From: Microcoleus sp.
GTDB taxonomy: Bacteria; Cyanobacteriota; Cyanobacteriia; Cyanobacteriales; Microcoleaceae
Length of the DNA stretch: 64,000 bases
Direction of reading: 5' to 3'
Assembly: GCA_042408215.1 (NCBI GenBank)
Contig: JAYFMW010000020.1
Span: 288,001 to 352,000, forward strand
Shown in pieces: positions 1 to 12,200 of the stretch (positions are counted from its first letter, which is position 1; each line of letters opens with the position of its first letter). Made by a program: the position numbers and the translations under genes. Under the pieces are notes generated by a model. It searched no databases. It was not told the origin of the DNA and saw only the letters and a list, made by a program, of their open reading frames with translations.

Positions 1-18
1 ATAAAAAGCTACAATCAG

Positions 19-402
19 CTACAAATTAGCTGTTTCCCGCGATAACTTTGATTCCTCAATCATCGATTCCGACTCACCACCCAAATCACCATCTTCGACA
101 GTAATTCCTAATTTAAAACCCAACGCTTCGAGCAACTCTACAAAACAGTAAATTTCCGAACCTGAACTTGCTGTTAACATTTTATCAAGCCTTTCATGAT
201 ATTGCTTAGCCGAATCCGAAAGAGCATTCATCCTGATTCGAGCCTCAATTACCTTTCTAATTGCATTTCTGAGCAATTCAGGTTCAGCATCTTTCTCTTC
301 CAAGATAGCCTCAAGATACCCAGCAGATTCTTCCGGCTCTTTCAGAGATTCAATGAGGTACTCGCGGTAGCTATCACTCCTAGGCATTTTCACATTGTTC
401 AT
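19..402 (-). CDS. Antitoxin / DNA-binding addiction-module antidote protein (copy 1)
   Basis: SYREYLIESLKEPEESAGYLEAILEE...ELLEALGFKL resembles cyanobacterial addiction-module antidotes; overlaps the end of the upstream RelE-like gene. Confidence 0.75.
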   Translation of the reverse strand: MNNVKMPRSDSYREYLIESLKEPEESAGYLEAILEEKDAEPELLRNAIRKVIEARIRMNALSDSAKQYHERLDKMLTASSGSEIYCFVELLEALGFKLGITVEDGDLGGESESMIEESKLSRETANL

Positions 403-718
403 AATCTTTCCAGTATTCTATAGCTTGTTGAATGTTTTGTGCTTGGGTGCTTTTATCCCCAGCTATGAGGATTACCACAATTGTCAAACCAACTTGTCCG
501 AAATAGACGCGGTAGCCTGGGCCATAATTAATTCTGAGTTCAAAAACTCCTTCTCCCACCGACTTAAAATCTCCGAGATTACCTTGCTCAACTCGGTCAA
601 GCCTAGACTTGATTCTAAATCTAACATTCCGATCGCGCAGGGAATCAAGCCACTCAGTAAATGGCGCTCTACCCTCTGCTGTAGTGTAACGTCGAATTTC
701 CCTGGGTTGTACTTCCAT
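380..718 (-). CDS. Type II toxin, RelE/ParE family (addiction module killer, copy 1)
   Basis: GNLGDFKSVGEGVFELRINYGPGYRVYF...GDKSTQ motif; ATG at 718 preferred over the ORF-track start at 742. Confidence 0.85.
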   Translation of the reverse strand: MEVQPREIRRYTTAEGRAPFTEWLDSLRDRNVRFRIKSRLDRVEQGNLGDFKSVGEGVFELRINYGPGYRVYFGQVGLTIVVILIAGDKSTQAQNIQQAIEYWKDYEQCENA

Positions 719-743
719 AATTTTATCACAGTCGATCGGCAAT

Positions 744-1100
744 TTATATCATAGGGCGATTAAGAGTACATTCAGCAGGCAACTCACTATCTTCCACAGT
801 AATCCCTAATTTAAAACCCAACGCTTCGAGCAACTCTACAAAACAGTAAATTTCCGAACCAGAACTTACTGTTAACATTTTGTCAAGTCTTTCATGATAC
901 TTTTTAGCCGAATCCGAAAGAGCATTCATCCTGATTCGAGCCTCAATTACCTTTCTAATTGCATTTCTGAGCAATTCAGGTTCAGCATCTTTCTCTTCCA
1001 AGATAGCCCCGATAAAATCACCAGCGTGTTCCGCATCTTTCAGAGATTCAATGAGAGACTCGCGGTAGCTATCGCTGGTAGGCATTTTCAGTTGTTTCAT
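744..1100 (-). CDS. Antitoxin / addiction-module antidote (copy 2)
   Basis: Near-identical to 19..402 over most of its length; ATG at 1100 overlaps the toxin end. Confidence 0.75.
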   Translation of the reverse strand: MKQLKMPTSDSYRESLIESLKDAEHAGDFIGAILEEKDAEPELLRNAIRKVIEARIRMNALSDSAKKYHERLDKMLTVSSGSEIYCFVELLEALGFKLGITVEDSELPAECTLNRPMI

Positions 1101-1416
1101 AGTCAGTCGAATACTCCTTCGCTTTGAGAATATCTTGTTCTTGGGTACTTTTATCCCCACCACAGAGCAGAAGCACAATTGTCGTTCCTACTTGTCTAAA
1201 ATAGATCCGGTAGCCAGGGCCGTAATTAATCCTGAGTTCATAGACACCATCTCCCACTGACTTATAATCCCCGAAATTACCGAGACTAACTCGCTCAAGC
1301 CTTGCATCAATCTTAACTTGGGCCTTACCATCTCGTAGAGCATAGTACCACTCTAAGAAAGGAATCCTGCCATCGGGTCGGATATAACGTCGAATTTCCC
1401 TGGCTTGTACTTCCAT
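1069..1416 (-). CDS. Type II toxin, RelE/ParE family (copy 2)
   Basis: GNFGDYKSVGDGVYELRINYGPGYRIYF...LLCGGDKSTQ. Confidence 0.85.
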   Translation of the reverse strand: MEVQAREIRRYIRPDGRIPFLEWYYALRDGKAQVKIDARLERVSLGNFGDYKSVGDGVYELRINYGPGYRIYFRQVGTTIVLLLCGGDKSTQEQDILKAKEYSTDYETTENAYQR

Positions 1417-1560
1417 AATTTTATCGCAGTCGATCGCCAATTTCTATAATAGGGCGATTAGGAGTACATTCAGCAGGCAACTAACTATCGTAGTCAGAAC
1501 ACGATATAATTCAATTGAAACCGGGGAATGTCCGATCGAGCCACCAGAGAATCAATTCCC

Positions 1561-1624
1561 GTAGGGGCGGGTTCACCAACAATTTAAAATCCTGCAAACA
1601 ATCTAAATAAACCCGCCCCCACCC
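1561..1624. repeat. GTAG-type REP-like inverted repeat
   Basis: GTAGGGGCGGGTT...AACCCGCCCCCAC; a related copy lies at 2026-2091 on the other side of the SUI1 gene. Confidence 0.65.
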
Positions 1625-1652
1625 ACAGAAAATCTCCAAACACCAAACTACT

Positions 1653-2021
1653 ATGAGTACATCAAAACCCAAAAACTCCGATACAAATAATCAATCAGGA
1701 AAACGAGTAGTTTACTCCGAATTTGGCAACATAGACAACTCCGCCGCCCTCCAACGAGGCATACAAGAAATCCCCCCAAATCAACAAAACCTCAAAATCG
1801 AAGCATCCCGAAAAGGACGCGGCGGCAAAACAGTTACAGTCATCAGCGGCTTTCAGGGAAAACCCGAAACATTAGCAACTTTAGCAAAACAGCTAAAAGC
1901 CCAATGCGGTACTGGCGGCACTGTCAAAGATCGTGAAATCGAAATTCAAGGCGAACACAAGCAAAAACTCCTCGAAATTATCACAAAATTAGGCTACAAA
2001 GCTAAAATTAGTGGAGGGTAA
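1653..2021 (+). CDS. yciH: Translation initiation factor SUI1/YciH
   Basis: RKGRGGKTVTVISG...LKAQCGTGGTVKD..IEIQGEH motif. Confidence 0.9.
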   Translation: MSTSKPKNSDTNNQSGKRVVYSEFGNIDNSAALQRGIQEIPPNQQNLKIEASRKGRGGKTVTVISGFQGKPETLATLAKQLKAQCGTGGTVKDREIEIQGEHKQKLLEIITKLGYKAKISGG

Positions 2022-2025
2022 ATTA

Positions 2026-2091
2026 GTAGGGCGGGGCGGGTTTATGAGATACTTATTTTTCAACATAGATGGTTGGTAAAATCCGCCCCTA
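2026..2091. repeat. GTAG-type REP-like inverted repeat
   Basis: GGGGCGGGTTT...AAATCCGCCCCTAC. Confidence 0.6.
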
Positions 2092-2155
2092 CATCGCGCA
2101 AATCATACAAAAACCAATCCACCGGAAATGATCTTACCAATTACCGCCGAGTTTA

Positions 2156-2749
2156 ATGTACACTAGACCTTTAGCCCGTTTAATCGAACAATTGCAGCGC
2201 TTACCAGGCATCGGCCCAAAAAGTGCCCAGCGACTCGCTTTGCATATTTTAAAACGACCGGAGGAAGAGGTGCAAGCCCTCGCTCGCTCCTTGGTTGATG
2301 CCAAACAGCAAGTAGGTTTTTGTCAGGTATGTTTTCACTTATCCGCTGAACCTGTTTGCGAAATTTGCCGCAATCCTAACCGCGACGATTCTACTATTTG
2401 TGTAGTATCAGACTCCCGCGATGTTATTGCGTTGGAAAAAACGCGGGAATACAGAGGCAAATATCATGTTATCGGTGGTGTTATCTCGCCGATGGATGGC
2501 ATTGGCCCGGAACAATTGAACATTCAACAATTAGTGCGGCGTGTCAGTCAGCAAAAGATTGAAGAGGTAATTATTGCTATTAGTCCGAGTGTGGAAGGTG
2601 AGACTACTACCCTTTATGTTGGCCGCTTATTGAAACCTTTTACGCGGGTGACGCGAATTGCTTTTGGTTTACCGATGGGGGGAGATTTGGAATATGCTGA
2701 TGAGGTGACTTTGGCTCGCGCTTTGGAGGGAAGGAGGGAGTTGGATTAG
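2156..2749 (+). CDS. recR: Recombination mediator RecR
   Basis: [13 protein letters not shown]hH motif, C4 zinc finger, Toprim region [17 protein letters not shown]. Confidence 0.97.
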   Translation: MYTRPLARLIEQLQRLPGIGPKSAQRLALHILKRPEEEVQALARSLVDAKQQVGFCQVCFHLSAEPVCEICRNPNRDDSTICVVSDSRDVIALEKTREYRGKYHVIGGVISPMDGIGPEQLNIQQLVRRVSQQKIEEVIIAISPSVEGETTTLYVGRLLKPFTRVTRIAFGLPMGGDLEYADEVTLARALEGRRELD

Positions 2750-2862
2750 TTTTGTGATATTATTCGGCGGTTGAAACCGCGTCTACACAAACGAAGTCCG
2801 CCTCCGCGGACTAGGAACAGATAAAAAGTTAAATTAAGCAAAGTTACCGAGAGTGAAAAATC

Positions 2863-4959
2863 ATGGCTACATTCGATCGCCCTTTAACCTACCCCACAAC
2901 GCGCAAAATCGACCAAACCGACGATTACCACGGTGTCCCAGTATCTGACCCCTACAGGTGGCTGGAGGACCCCGACTCTGAGGAAACCCAAGCTTGGGTG
3001 GAAGCCCAAAACCAAGTCACTTTTGGCTACCTCAAGGAAATTCCGGCGCGGGAAAAAATCAAACAGCGACTGACTCAGCTTTGGGATTACGAGAAATATG
3101 GTATACCTTTCAAAGAAGGCGATCGATATTTCTACTACAAGAACGACGGTCTACAAAACCAATCCATACTCTACACTTTAACATCCCTCGATGGCGAACC
3201 GAAAGTATTAATTGACCCCAACACTCTCTCGGAAGATGGCACCGTTGCTTTGGGTGGTATCGCTATTAGCGAAGATGGCAAACTTATGGCCTATGGTTTG
3301 TCAACTTCTGGCTCGGATTGGCAAGAATGGAAAGTCCGTGATGTCGAAACAGGCGCAGATTTATCTGACCATTTAAAGTGGCTCAAATTTTCGGGAGCAT
3401 CTTGGACTCACGACGGGAAAGGCTTTTTTTATAGTCGCTACGACGAACCTAATGAAAAAAGCAAACATGAAGATGTTAACTATTACCAAAAACTGTTTTA
3501 CCATAAGCTAGGCACTCCCCAATCGGAAGATGTCTTAATTTACGATCGCCCTGACCAAAAGGAATGGGGATTTAGTGGTGGCGTTACCGAAGATGGCAAG
3601 TATCTAATTATATCAGTTTGGCTGGGAACTGAAACAAAAAACCTGATTTTCTACAAGGATTTAACCGCACCAGAATCCCCAGTCGTAGAACTAATTAGCG
3701 AATTCGAGGCCGAATACAGCTTTATCGACAATGAAGGCTCTCTTTTCTGGTTTAAAACAGATTTGAATGCACCCCTAGGCCGCATAATTGCGATCGACAC
3801 CAACAACCCCCCTGTATCATCTCTCAGCAGCGCACAAAGTCAAGGGAAATTTACAGAAATTATCCCCGAAGCAGCCGAAACCCTTGGAGGAATTGGCATC
3901 CTCAACAATCAATTTGTCACTTCCTACCTAAAAGATGCCTACACCCAAATTAAAATCTTCAATTTAGATGGCTCTTTCGCGCGACAAATAGCTTTACCCG
4001 GAATCGGTTCGGCGGGAGGATTTGGCGGTAAGCGGCACGAAACCGAAACTTTTTATGCTTATACCAGTTTTACCACGCCTAATACCATTTACAGCTACAA
4101 TATGCTGACAGATGAAAGCAAAATTTATCGCCAGCCCAAGGTAGATTTTAACCCGGATGATTACGAGACAAAACAGGTATTTTATCCCAGCAAAGACGGC
4201 ACGCAAGTACCGATGTTTATTACTCACAAAAAAGGTTTGCAGCTAGATGGTAATAATCCCACATACCTTTATGCTTACGGCGGTTTTGGCATATCCCTAA
4301 CTCCGAGTTTTTCTGTTAGCAGAGTCGTCTGGCTGGAGATGGGTGGAGTTTATGCGATCGCCTGTTTGCGGGGTGGCGGCGAATACGGCGAAGCATGGCA
4401 CCAAGCAGGGACAAAGTTAAACAAGCAAAATGTGTTTGATGACTTTATTGCTGGTGCTGAATGGTTGATAGCAAACAAATACACTCAGCCAGCAAAATTG
4501 GCGATCGCAGGTGGTAGTAATGGCGGCTTATTGGTGGGAGCCTGCATGACTCAGCGGCCGGAATTATTCGGTGCAGCATTGCCGGCTGTCGGTGTTATGG
4601 ATATGTTGCGCTTTCATAAGTTTACCATTGGTTGGGCCTGGACTTCTGAATACGGTTCCCCTGAAAATGCCGAAGAATTTAAAACAATTTACGGCTATTC
4701 TCCCTTGCACAATCTCAAATCGGGTACGGCTTATCCAGCTACAATGATTACAACTGCGGATCATGACGATCGGGTTGTTCCGGCTCATAGTTTCAAGTTT
4801 GCTTCTGCTTTGCAAGAAATGCACGGGGGAGAAAAACCGGTGTTAATTCGCATTGAAACTAAAGCGGGTCATGGTGCTGGAAAACCTACTGCTAAAATCA
4901 TTGAAGAATTGGCTGATGAATGGGCTTTTTTAGTGCGGGAACTCGATATTAACGCTTAG
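2863..4959 (+). CDS. Prolyl oligopeptidase (S9A)
   Basis: DPYRWLED N-terminus, GGSNGG nucleophile, DHDDRV, AGHGAG catalytic His. Confidence 0.95.
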   Translation: MATFDRPLTYPTTRKIDQTDDYHGVPVSDPYRWLEDPDSEETQAWVEAQNQVTFGYLKEIPAREKIKQRLTQLWDYEKYGIPFKEGDRYFYYKNDGLQNQSILYTLTSLDGEPKVLIDPNTLSEDGTVALGGIAISEDGKLMAYGLSTSGSDWQEWKVRDVETGADLSDHLKWLKFSGASWTHDGKGFFYSRYDEPNEKSKHEDVNYYQKLFYHKLGTPQSEDVLIYDRPDQKEWGFSGGVTEDGKYLIISVWLGTETKNLIFYKDLTAPESPVVELISEFEAEYSFIDNEGSLFWFKTDLNAPLGRIIAIDTNNPPVSSLSSAQSQGKFTEIIPEAAETLGGIGILNNQFVTSYLKDAYTQIKIFNLDGSFARQIALPGIGSAGGFGGKRHETETFYAYTSFTTPNTIYSYNMLTDESKIYRQPKVDFNPDDYETKQVFYPSKDGTQVPMFITHKKGLQLDGNNPTYLYAYGGFGISLTPSFSVSRVVWLEMGGVYAIACLRGGGEYGEAWHQAGTKLNKQNVFDDFIAGAEWLIANKYTQPAKLAIAGGSNGGLLVGACMTQRPELFGAALPAVGVMDMLRFHKFTIGWAWTSEYGSPENAEEFKTIYGYSPLHNLKSGTAYPATMITTADHDDRVVPAHSFKFASALQEMHGGEKPVLIRIETKAGHGAGKPTAKIIEELADEWAFLVRELDINA

Positions 4960-5067
4960 ACAGCACGCGCTTGAGGGTGCGATCGACTTATCGTTCAATC
5001 CTCCTAGGGACACGGCTCTTGGCGTGTCCCTACTTATCGTTCAATCCTCCTAGGGACACGGCAATGC

Positions 5068-5266
5068 CCATAGGTGTCAACTTAACGTTAAACCCAGTCA
5101 CAGATTGCTGTTTGACCATTAAGCCTAGATCCCCCCTAGCCCCCCTTAAGAAGGGGGGGACAGGAAGCCTCTTTAAGTCCCCCTTCTTAAGGGGGATTTA
5201 GGGGGATCTAGACTTAGGTAAAAGCGAGAGATACCAAGGGTTTCAGGCTTAAGTTGACACCAATGG
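5068..5266. mobile_element. MITE family B (TIR CCATWGGTGTCAACTTAA), flanked by GC
   Basis: Terminal inverted repeats CCATAGGTGTCAACTTAA / TTAAGTTGACACCAATGG; internal CCCCCTTAAGAAGGGGG palindromes. Confidence 0.75.
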
Positions 5267-5319
5267 GCTCCTGGAGTGTCCCTACTTATCGTTCAATCCT
5301 CGTAGGGACACGGCAATGC

Positions 5320-5538
5320 CCATAGGTGTCAACTTAACGTTAAACCCAGTCACAGATTGCTGTTTGACCATTAAGCCTAGATCCCCCCTAGCCCCCCTTA
5401 AGAAGGGGGGGATAAGAGTTCGATCAAAGTCAACCCCTACTCACACCCTACTCCCTTCTTAAGGGGGATTTAGGGGGATCTAGACTTGGCTATGAACGAG
5501 AGATACCAAGGCTTTCAGGCTTAAGTTGACACCAATAG
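5320..5538. mobile_element. MITE family B, second copy
   Basis: Same TIRs and internal sequence as 5068-5266. Confidence 0.75.
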
Positions 5539-6277
5539 GCACGCGCTTAGTGTCCCTACCGTGTTTCATAACAGCGGGAACTGCTGTAAAAAGATGGTGT
5601 AAAGGGCGATCGCACTTGTTGAATGCAAGGGCGATCGCTCTTTTTTGTCAATGCAATCCTACTCGTAACATATTTATACAATTTGTCAAGTTTTTATTTT
5701 GTTAATTTTTGTCACTTTTAGTTGCCCTTGTGACATTGTTGTGATTTCGCTTCACGCCAAATTATTAGTATCAGTATCACTCTCTGTGATTTTGAGGAAA
5801 TCGATATTTTCAGTATATTTACAGTTAAAACTGTCTGAGCGAGCCTCAATGTGAGCCGAATCAGAACAGTAGTACGAGGGCTATGACCCCATGTTCCTTA
5901 GAAATACCTAAGTAATTTATGATAGAACTTGCGACTGGAAATTATATCATTTTCCCCAATCAGAGAGTGTATCATCGAATACAAAGCCCCTCGTCGCTTA
6001 TTCATCTAGGAGTTGCAGCGATCTGCCACATATCTATATCCCAGGGCGATCGCAGCAATTCCTGTCTAATTATTGCCTCAGATCGCAAATGATAAATATA
6101 CGCAATTATTATTTTAATTTTACAGATATAATTAAACAAAAATTTATCTTCTAATGTTGATCGACATTTATGATCAAAAGGGTTAGCTTAAACCTAGTCA
6201 CTAAATTCACCACCAAAACCAAAAATAACCCCAATCTGTCTCATATGTCAGCCGTAAAAACACGTAAATATATCAAT

Positions 6278-9200
6278 ATGGCCACTACAACCTTGAGAGG
6301 AGCCGGTTCTAAAGTAGAGACCGCTCACCCAAAAAACCTAGCGATTGTTGACTCAAAAGTAGAAAACTACGAGCAGTTGGTTAGGGGAGTTAAACGTGGT
6401 ACAGAAGTAATCCTGCTGGATCCAGCCCGGGATGGAATAGAGCAAATCACCGAAATTTTGGGCGATCGCAGCGGCATCGACAGCATTCACATAGTCTCTC
6501 ACGGCGCACTAGCAGCACTACAACTAGGCTCAACAGAGCTCAATATTCACAACCTAGACACCTACAGCAGCCAATTGCAGCAGTGGGGAAAATCACTTAG
6601 CGAATCCGCCAGCATTCTACTTTATGGCTGTAACATAGCCGCCGGCGAATCTGGTCTGAAATTTGTACAAAAAATCTGGGAATTAACCGGCGCAAATATT
6701 GCCGCTTCCAACAACCTCACAGGAAGTGCAGCATTAGGAGGCGACTGGGAATTAGAAATTGCGATCGGACAAATCAATGGGGAATTAGCCTTTGAAAAAG
6801 AAGTCCTAGAAGGCTACCCATCAGTCCTAGCTACCTTAGTAACTGAAGACTTTAAACAAACAACAGTAATCGGGCCTTGGATCTATGGAACTGCTGGTAC
6901 TTCTGCTAACCCAGGCTTAACCGCAGGTGCCGCGAACAACCCCAACGGCGTTATTCCCAATTTAGGGACTGGCGATCCAGCCGGATCAGGCGCTTTGAGA
7001 TTAACATCAAACACCAAGAGCCAAGCAGCTTTTGTCCTCTACAACAACCCCATCTCTAGCACTGATGGTCTGAGAGTTACCTTTGATTTCTTTTCTTATA
7101 ACATAAGTGCGGACTCTAGTAATAACTTGGGTGCGGATGGCACAAGTTTTTTCCTCATTGACGGAACAGCTACACCAACAAAAGCGGGAGGTTTTGGCGG
7201 CTCTCTTGGCTATGCTCCAAATAATAATACTGCTCAAACTCTCTCTTCAACCGGTATTTCAGGAGGTTATTTAGGTGTCGGGTTAGATGAGTTTGGCGCT
7301 TTTTCTGTCTCTCAACCAGGAACGGGAGGGCGTGTGGGCGGAGACCTGGCGAAACCTGATTCAGTAGCAGTTAGAGGCCGTGAAAGCACAAGTTATAATT
7401 TTTTAACTACAGCTTCTGTTCCCGGTGGGATAGATAATAAAACAAATAACATAAATACAACCATTCGCAGTGATGCTAAAAGAAGCGTCCAAATTACATT
7501 ATTCCCGGCGACTTCAGCAACACCTAACCGTCTCACCGTTGCTGTAAACTTGAACAACAACTTCGACTCGAACAAAAACCCAATATTCGATCCGGGCGAA
7601 ACACTGATCGATATACCAAATTTGGCAACCACAAACGGAGCCGTACCATCTACTTTTAAATTTGGCTTTGCTGCTTCGACAGGCCCAAGTACAAACATTC
7701 ACGAACTTAACAATCTCCTAGTCGAAACTGTAGACACGCCTACACTCACAGCCGACGTTTCCATTGTTAAAAAAGGCCCGCAGGTTGCCGCACTCGGCAG
7801 CACGATTACCTACACTATTGCTGCCACTAATATAGAACTGAGTACCAGCGACGCGAAAGATGTCCTAATTCAAGATATCCTGCCCCCAGGCTTAACAGGA
7901 GTCAGCGTATCCGACGGCGGTACATACAACACTTTAACGCGGACTGTCTCCTGGCCAGTGATTCCGACTCTGGCCAGCGGTGGTAGCGTCACTTACACCA
8001 TCACCGCTATAGCTCCCGCAACACCCACCACCATAACTAACGTCGCTTATAGCAATTCCAGCACTTTCGATCCCGTTCCTGCGAACAACAATAGTTCGCT
8101 ACCAACATCTAAAGCTATAACTACAATAACTGCTGTTGCCGACCTCGCTACCACCAAAACCGGGCCAGCAACGGAAACTGCGGGTAGGACTGTTAGTTAT
8201 ACAATTTCCACAGTCAACAACGGGCCAAACACCGCAGAGAATGTCACAATTACTGACAGCATCATTCCCGATTTAACAATAGTTAGCATATCCGACGGCG
8301 GTACATACAACAACGGGATTGTCACTTTTCCGGCTGTCACCTTAACCGACAAACAGACTGTCAACCGCACCATCAGCTTCATCGCACCCGCAGGTGTCAC
8401 CGTTAGCAACACCGCCAGCAGTAAATCGAGTGCTTTAGACTTAACTCCCAGCAATGACGCTGCTACATTCACCACCACTCTGACACCCAGTGCCGACCTC
8501 GCTACCACCAAAACCGGGCCAGCAACGGAAACTGCGGGTAGGACTGTTAGTTATACAATCACGACACGAAACAACGGGCCAAGCACAGCCGAAAACGTCA
8601 CAATTACTGACAGCATCATTCCCGATTTAACAATAGTTAGCATATCCGACGGCGGTACATACAACAGCGGGACAGGAATAGTCACCTTCCCTCCTGTCAC
8701 CCTAACCAATACAGCCAGCACCACCCGCACCATCAGCTTCATTGCACCCGCAGGTGTCACCGTTAGCAACACCGCCAGCAGTAAATCGAGTGCTTTAGAC
8801 TTAACTCCCAGCAATGACGCTGCTACATTCACCACGACTCTGACACCCAGTGCCGACCTCGCTACCACCAAAACCGGGCCAGCAACGGAAACTGCGGGTA
8901 GGACTGTTAGTTATACAATCACGACACGAAACAACGGGCCAAGCACAGCCGAAAACGTCACAATTACTGACAGCATCATTCCCGATTTAACAATAGTTAG
9001 CATATCCGACGGCGGTACATACAACAGCGGGACAGGAATAGTCACCTTCCCTCCTGTCACCCTAACCAATACAGCCAGCACCACCCGCACCATCAGCTTC
9101 ATTGCACCCGCAGGTGTCACCGTTAGCAACACCGCCAGCAGTAAATCGAGTGCTTTAGACTTAACTCCCAGCAATGACGCTGCTACATTCACCACGACTC

Positions 9201-12200
9201 TGACACCGACACCAACTCCAACACCAACTCCTCCGACACCAACTCCAACACCAACTCCGACACCAACTCCTCCGACACCAACTCCGACACCAACTCCAAC
9301 ACCAACTCCTCCGACACCAACTCCAACACCAACTCCTCCGACACCAACTCCAACACCAACTCCTCCGACACCGACGCCAACTCCGGTCAACCAACCGCCA
9401 GTCACCAACAATGCCAATCTGGCGATCGCGCCCAATAGCAGCGTCCCACTCCCCGGATTGGGAGGAACCGACCCCGACGGCTCCATCGCCTCTTATACAA
9501 TCAACACCCTACCAACCGCAGCCCAAGGAGTCCTATTCTTAGGCAACCCAGCCCAAGGCGGAGTCGCTGTCACCCCCGGTCAAGTCCTGACTCCTGCACA
9601 GATTCAGCAGTTATTTTTCCAGTCCACAGGTACGTTCACCGGAGCCAACTTCAAGTACACCGCTACTGATGACAAAGGTCTCAGCAGTCCTGCATCTGCT
9701 ACTGTATCGGCCTTGCAGCCCGGAGTCAACCAACCGCCGGTGGCGAACAATGTCAATCTGGCGATCGCACCCAATAGCAGCGTCCCACTCACCGGACTCG
9801 GAGGAACCGACCCCGACGGGACGATCGCCTCTTATACAATCGATACTCTGCCAACCGCAGCCCAAGGAGTCCTATTCTTAGGCGACCCAGCCCAAGGCGG
9901 AGTCGCAATCACCCCCGGTCAAGAGCTGACTCCTGCACAAATTAGCCAGTTATTTTTCCAGTCAACAGGTGCGTTCACCGGAGCCAACTTCAACTACAGC
10001 GCTACTGATGACAAAGGTCTCAGCAGTCCTGCGCCTGCGACTATAGCTGCGCTCCTCGCCCCCGCCCCAACACCGACACCAACACCAGCGCCAACTCCGC
10101 TCAACCAACCGCCAGTCACCAACAATGCCAATCTAGCGATCGCGCCCAATAGCAGCGTCCCACTCCCCGGATTGGGAGGAACCGACCCCGACGGCTCCAT
10201 CGCCTCTTATACAATCAACACCCTACCAACCGCAGCCCAAGGAGTCCTATTTTTAGGCGACCCAGCCCAAGGCGGAGTCGCTGTCACCCCCGGTCAAGTC
10301 CTGACTCCTGCACAGATTCAGCAGTTATTTTTCCAGTCCACAGGTACGTTCACCGGAGCCAACTTCAACTACACCGCTACTGATGACAAAGGTCTCAGCA
10401 GTCCTGCATCTGCGACTGTATCGGCCTTGCAGCCCGGAGTCAACCAACCGCCGGTGGCTAACAATGTCAATACGCCGATCGCCCCCAATAGCAGCGTCCC
10501 ACTCACCGGACTCGGAGGAACCGACCCCGACGGGACGATCGCCTCTTATACAATAGATACTCTACCACCCGCAGCCCAAGGAGTCCTATTCTTAGGCGAC
10601 CCAGCCCAAGGCGGAGTCGCTGTCACCCCCGGTCGAGTGCTGACTCCTGCACAGATTAGCCAGTTATTTTTCAAGTCCACAGATGCGTTCACCGGAGCCA
10701 ACTTCAACTACAGCGCTACTGATGACAAAGGTCTCAGCAGTCCTGCGCCTGCGACTATAGCTGCGCTCCTCGCCCCCGCCCCAACACCGACACCAACACC
10801 AGCGCCAACTCCGCTCAACCAACCGCCAGTCACCAACAATGCCAATCTAGCGATCGCGCCCAATAGCAGCGTCCCACTCCCCGGATTGGGAGGAACCGAC
10901 CCCGACGGCTCCATCGCCTCTTATACAATCAACACCCTACCAACCGCAGCCCAAGGAGTCCTATTTTTAGGCGACCCAGCCCAAGGCGGAGTCGCTGTCA
11001 CCCCCGGTCAAGTCCTGACTCCTGCACAGATTCAGCAGTTATTTTTCCAGTCCACAGGTACGTTCACCGGAGCCAACTTCAACTACACCGCTACTGATGA
11101 CAAAGGTCTCAGCAGTCCTGCATCTGCGACTGTATCGGCCTTGCAGCCCGGAGTCAACCAACCGCCGGTGGCTAACAATGTCAATACGCCGATCGCCCCC
11201 AATAGCAGCGTCCCACTCACCGGACTCGGAGGAACCGACCCCGACGGGACGATCGCCTCTTATACAATCGATACTCTGCCAACCGCAGCCCAAGGAGTCC
11301 TATTCTTAGGCGACCCAGCCCAAGGCGGAGTCGCAATCACCCCCGGTCAAGAGCTGACTCCTGCACAAATTAGCCAGTTATTTTTCCAGTCAACAGGTGC
11401 GTTCACCGGAGCCAACTTCAACTACAGCGCTACTGATGACAAAGGTCTCAGCAGTCCTGCGCCTGCGACTATAGCTGCGCTCCTCGCCCCCGCCCCAACA
11501 CCGACACCAACACCAGCGCCAACTCCGCTCAACCAACCGCCAGTCACCAACAATGCCAATCTAGCGATCGCGCCCAATAGCAGCGTCCCACTCCCCGGAT
11601 TGGGAGGAACCGACCCCGACGGCTCCATCGCCTCTTATACAATCAACACCCTACCAACCGCAGCCCAAGGAGTCCTATTTTTAGGCGACCCAGCCCAAGG
11701 CGGAGTCGCTGTCACCCCCGGTCAAGTCCTGACTCCTGCACAGATTCAGCAGTTATTTTTCCAGTCCACAGGTACGTTCACCGGAGCCAACTTCAACTAC
11801 ACCGCTACTGATGACAAAGGTCTCAGCAGTCCTGCATCTGCGACTGTATCGGCCTTGCAGCCCGGAGTCAACCAACCGCCGGTGGCTAACAATGTCAATA
11901 CGCCGATCGCCCCCAATAGCAGCGTCCCACTCACCGGACTCGGAGGAACCGACCCCGACGGGACGATCGCCTCTTATACAATAGATACTCTACCACCCGC
12001 AGCCCAAGGAGTCCTATTCTTAGGCGACCCAGCCCAAGGCGGAGTCGCTGTCACCCCCGGTCGAGTGCTGACTCCTGCACAGATTAGCCAGTTATTTTTC
12101 AAGTCCACAGATGCGTTCACCGGAGCCAACTTCAACTACAGCGCTACTGATGACAAAGGTCTCAGCAGTCCTGCGCCTGCGACTATAGCTGCGCTCCTCG

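Larger units (their letters stand above)
4986..5560. repeat. Composite REP array containing two MITE insertions
   Basis: ACTTATCGTTCAATCCTC.TAGGGACACGGC occurs three times; hairpin TAGGGACAC...GTGTCCCTAC. Confidence 0.75.

Noticed and set aside
5660..5760. NtcA/CRP-like sites upstream of the adhesin (also ~46633)
   Set aside because: Spacing or half-sites deviate from GTA-N8-TAC and TGTGA-N6-TCACA, so they cannot be supported
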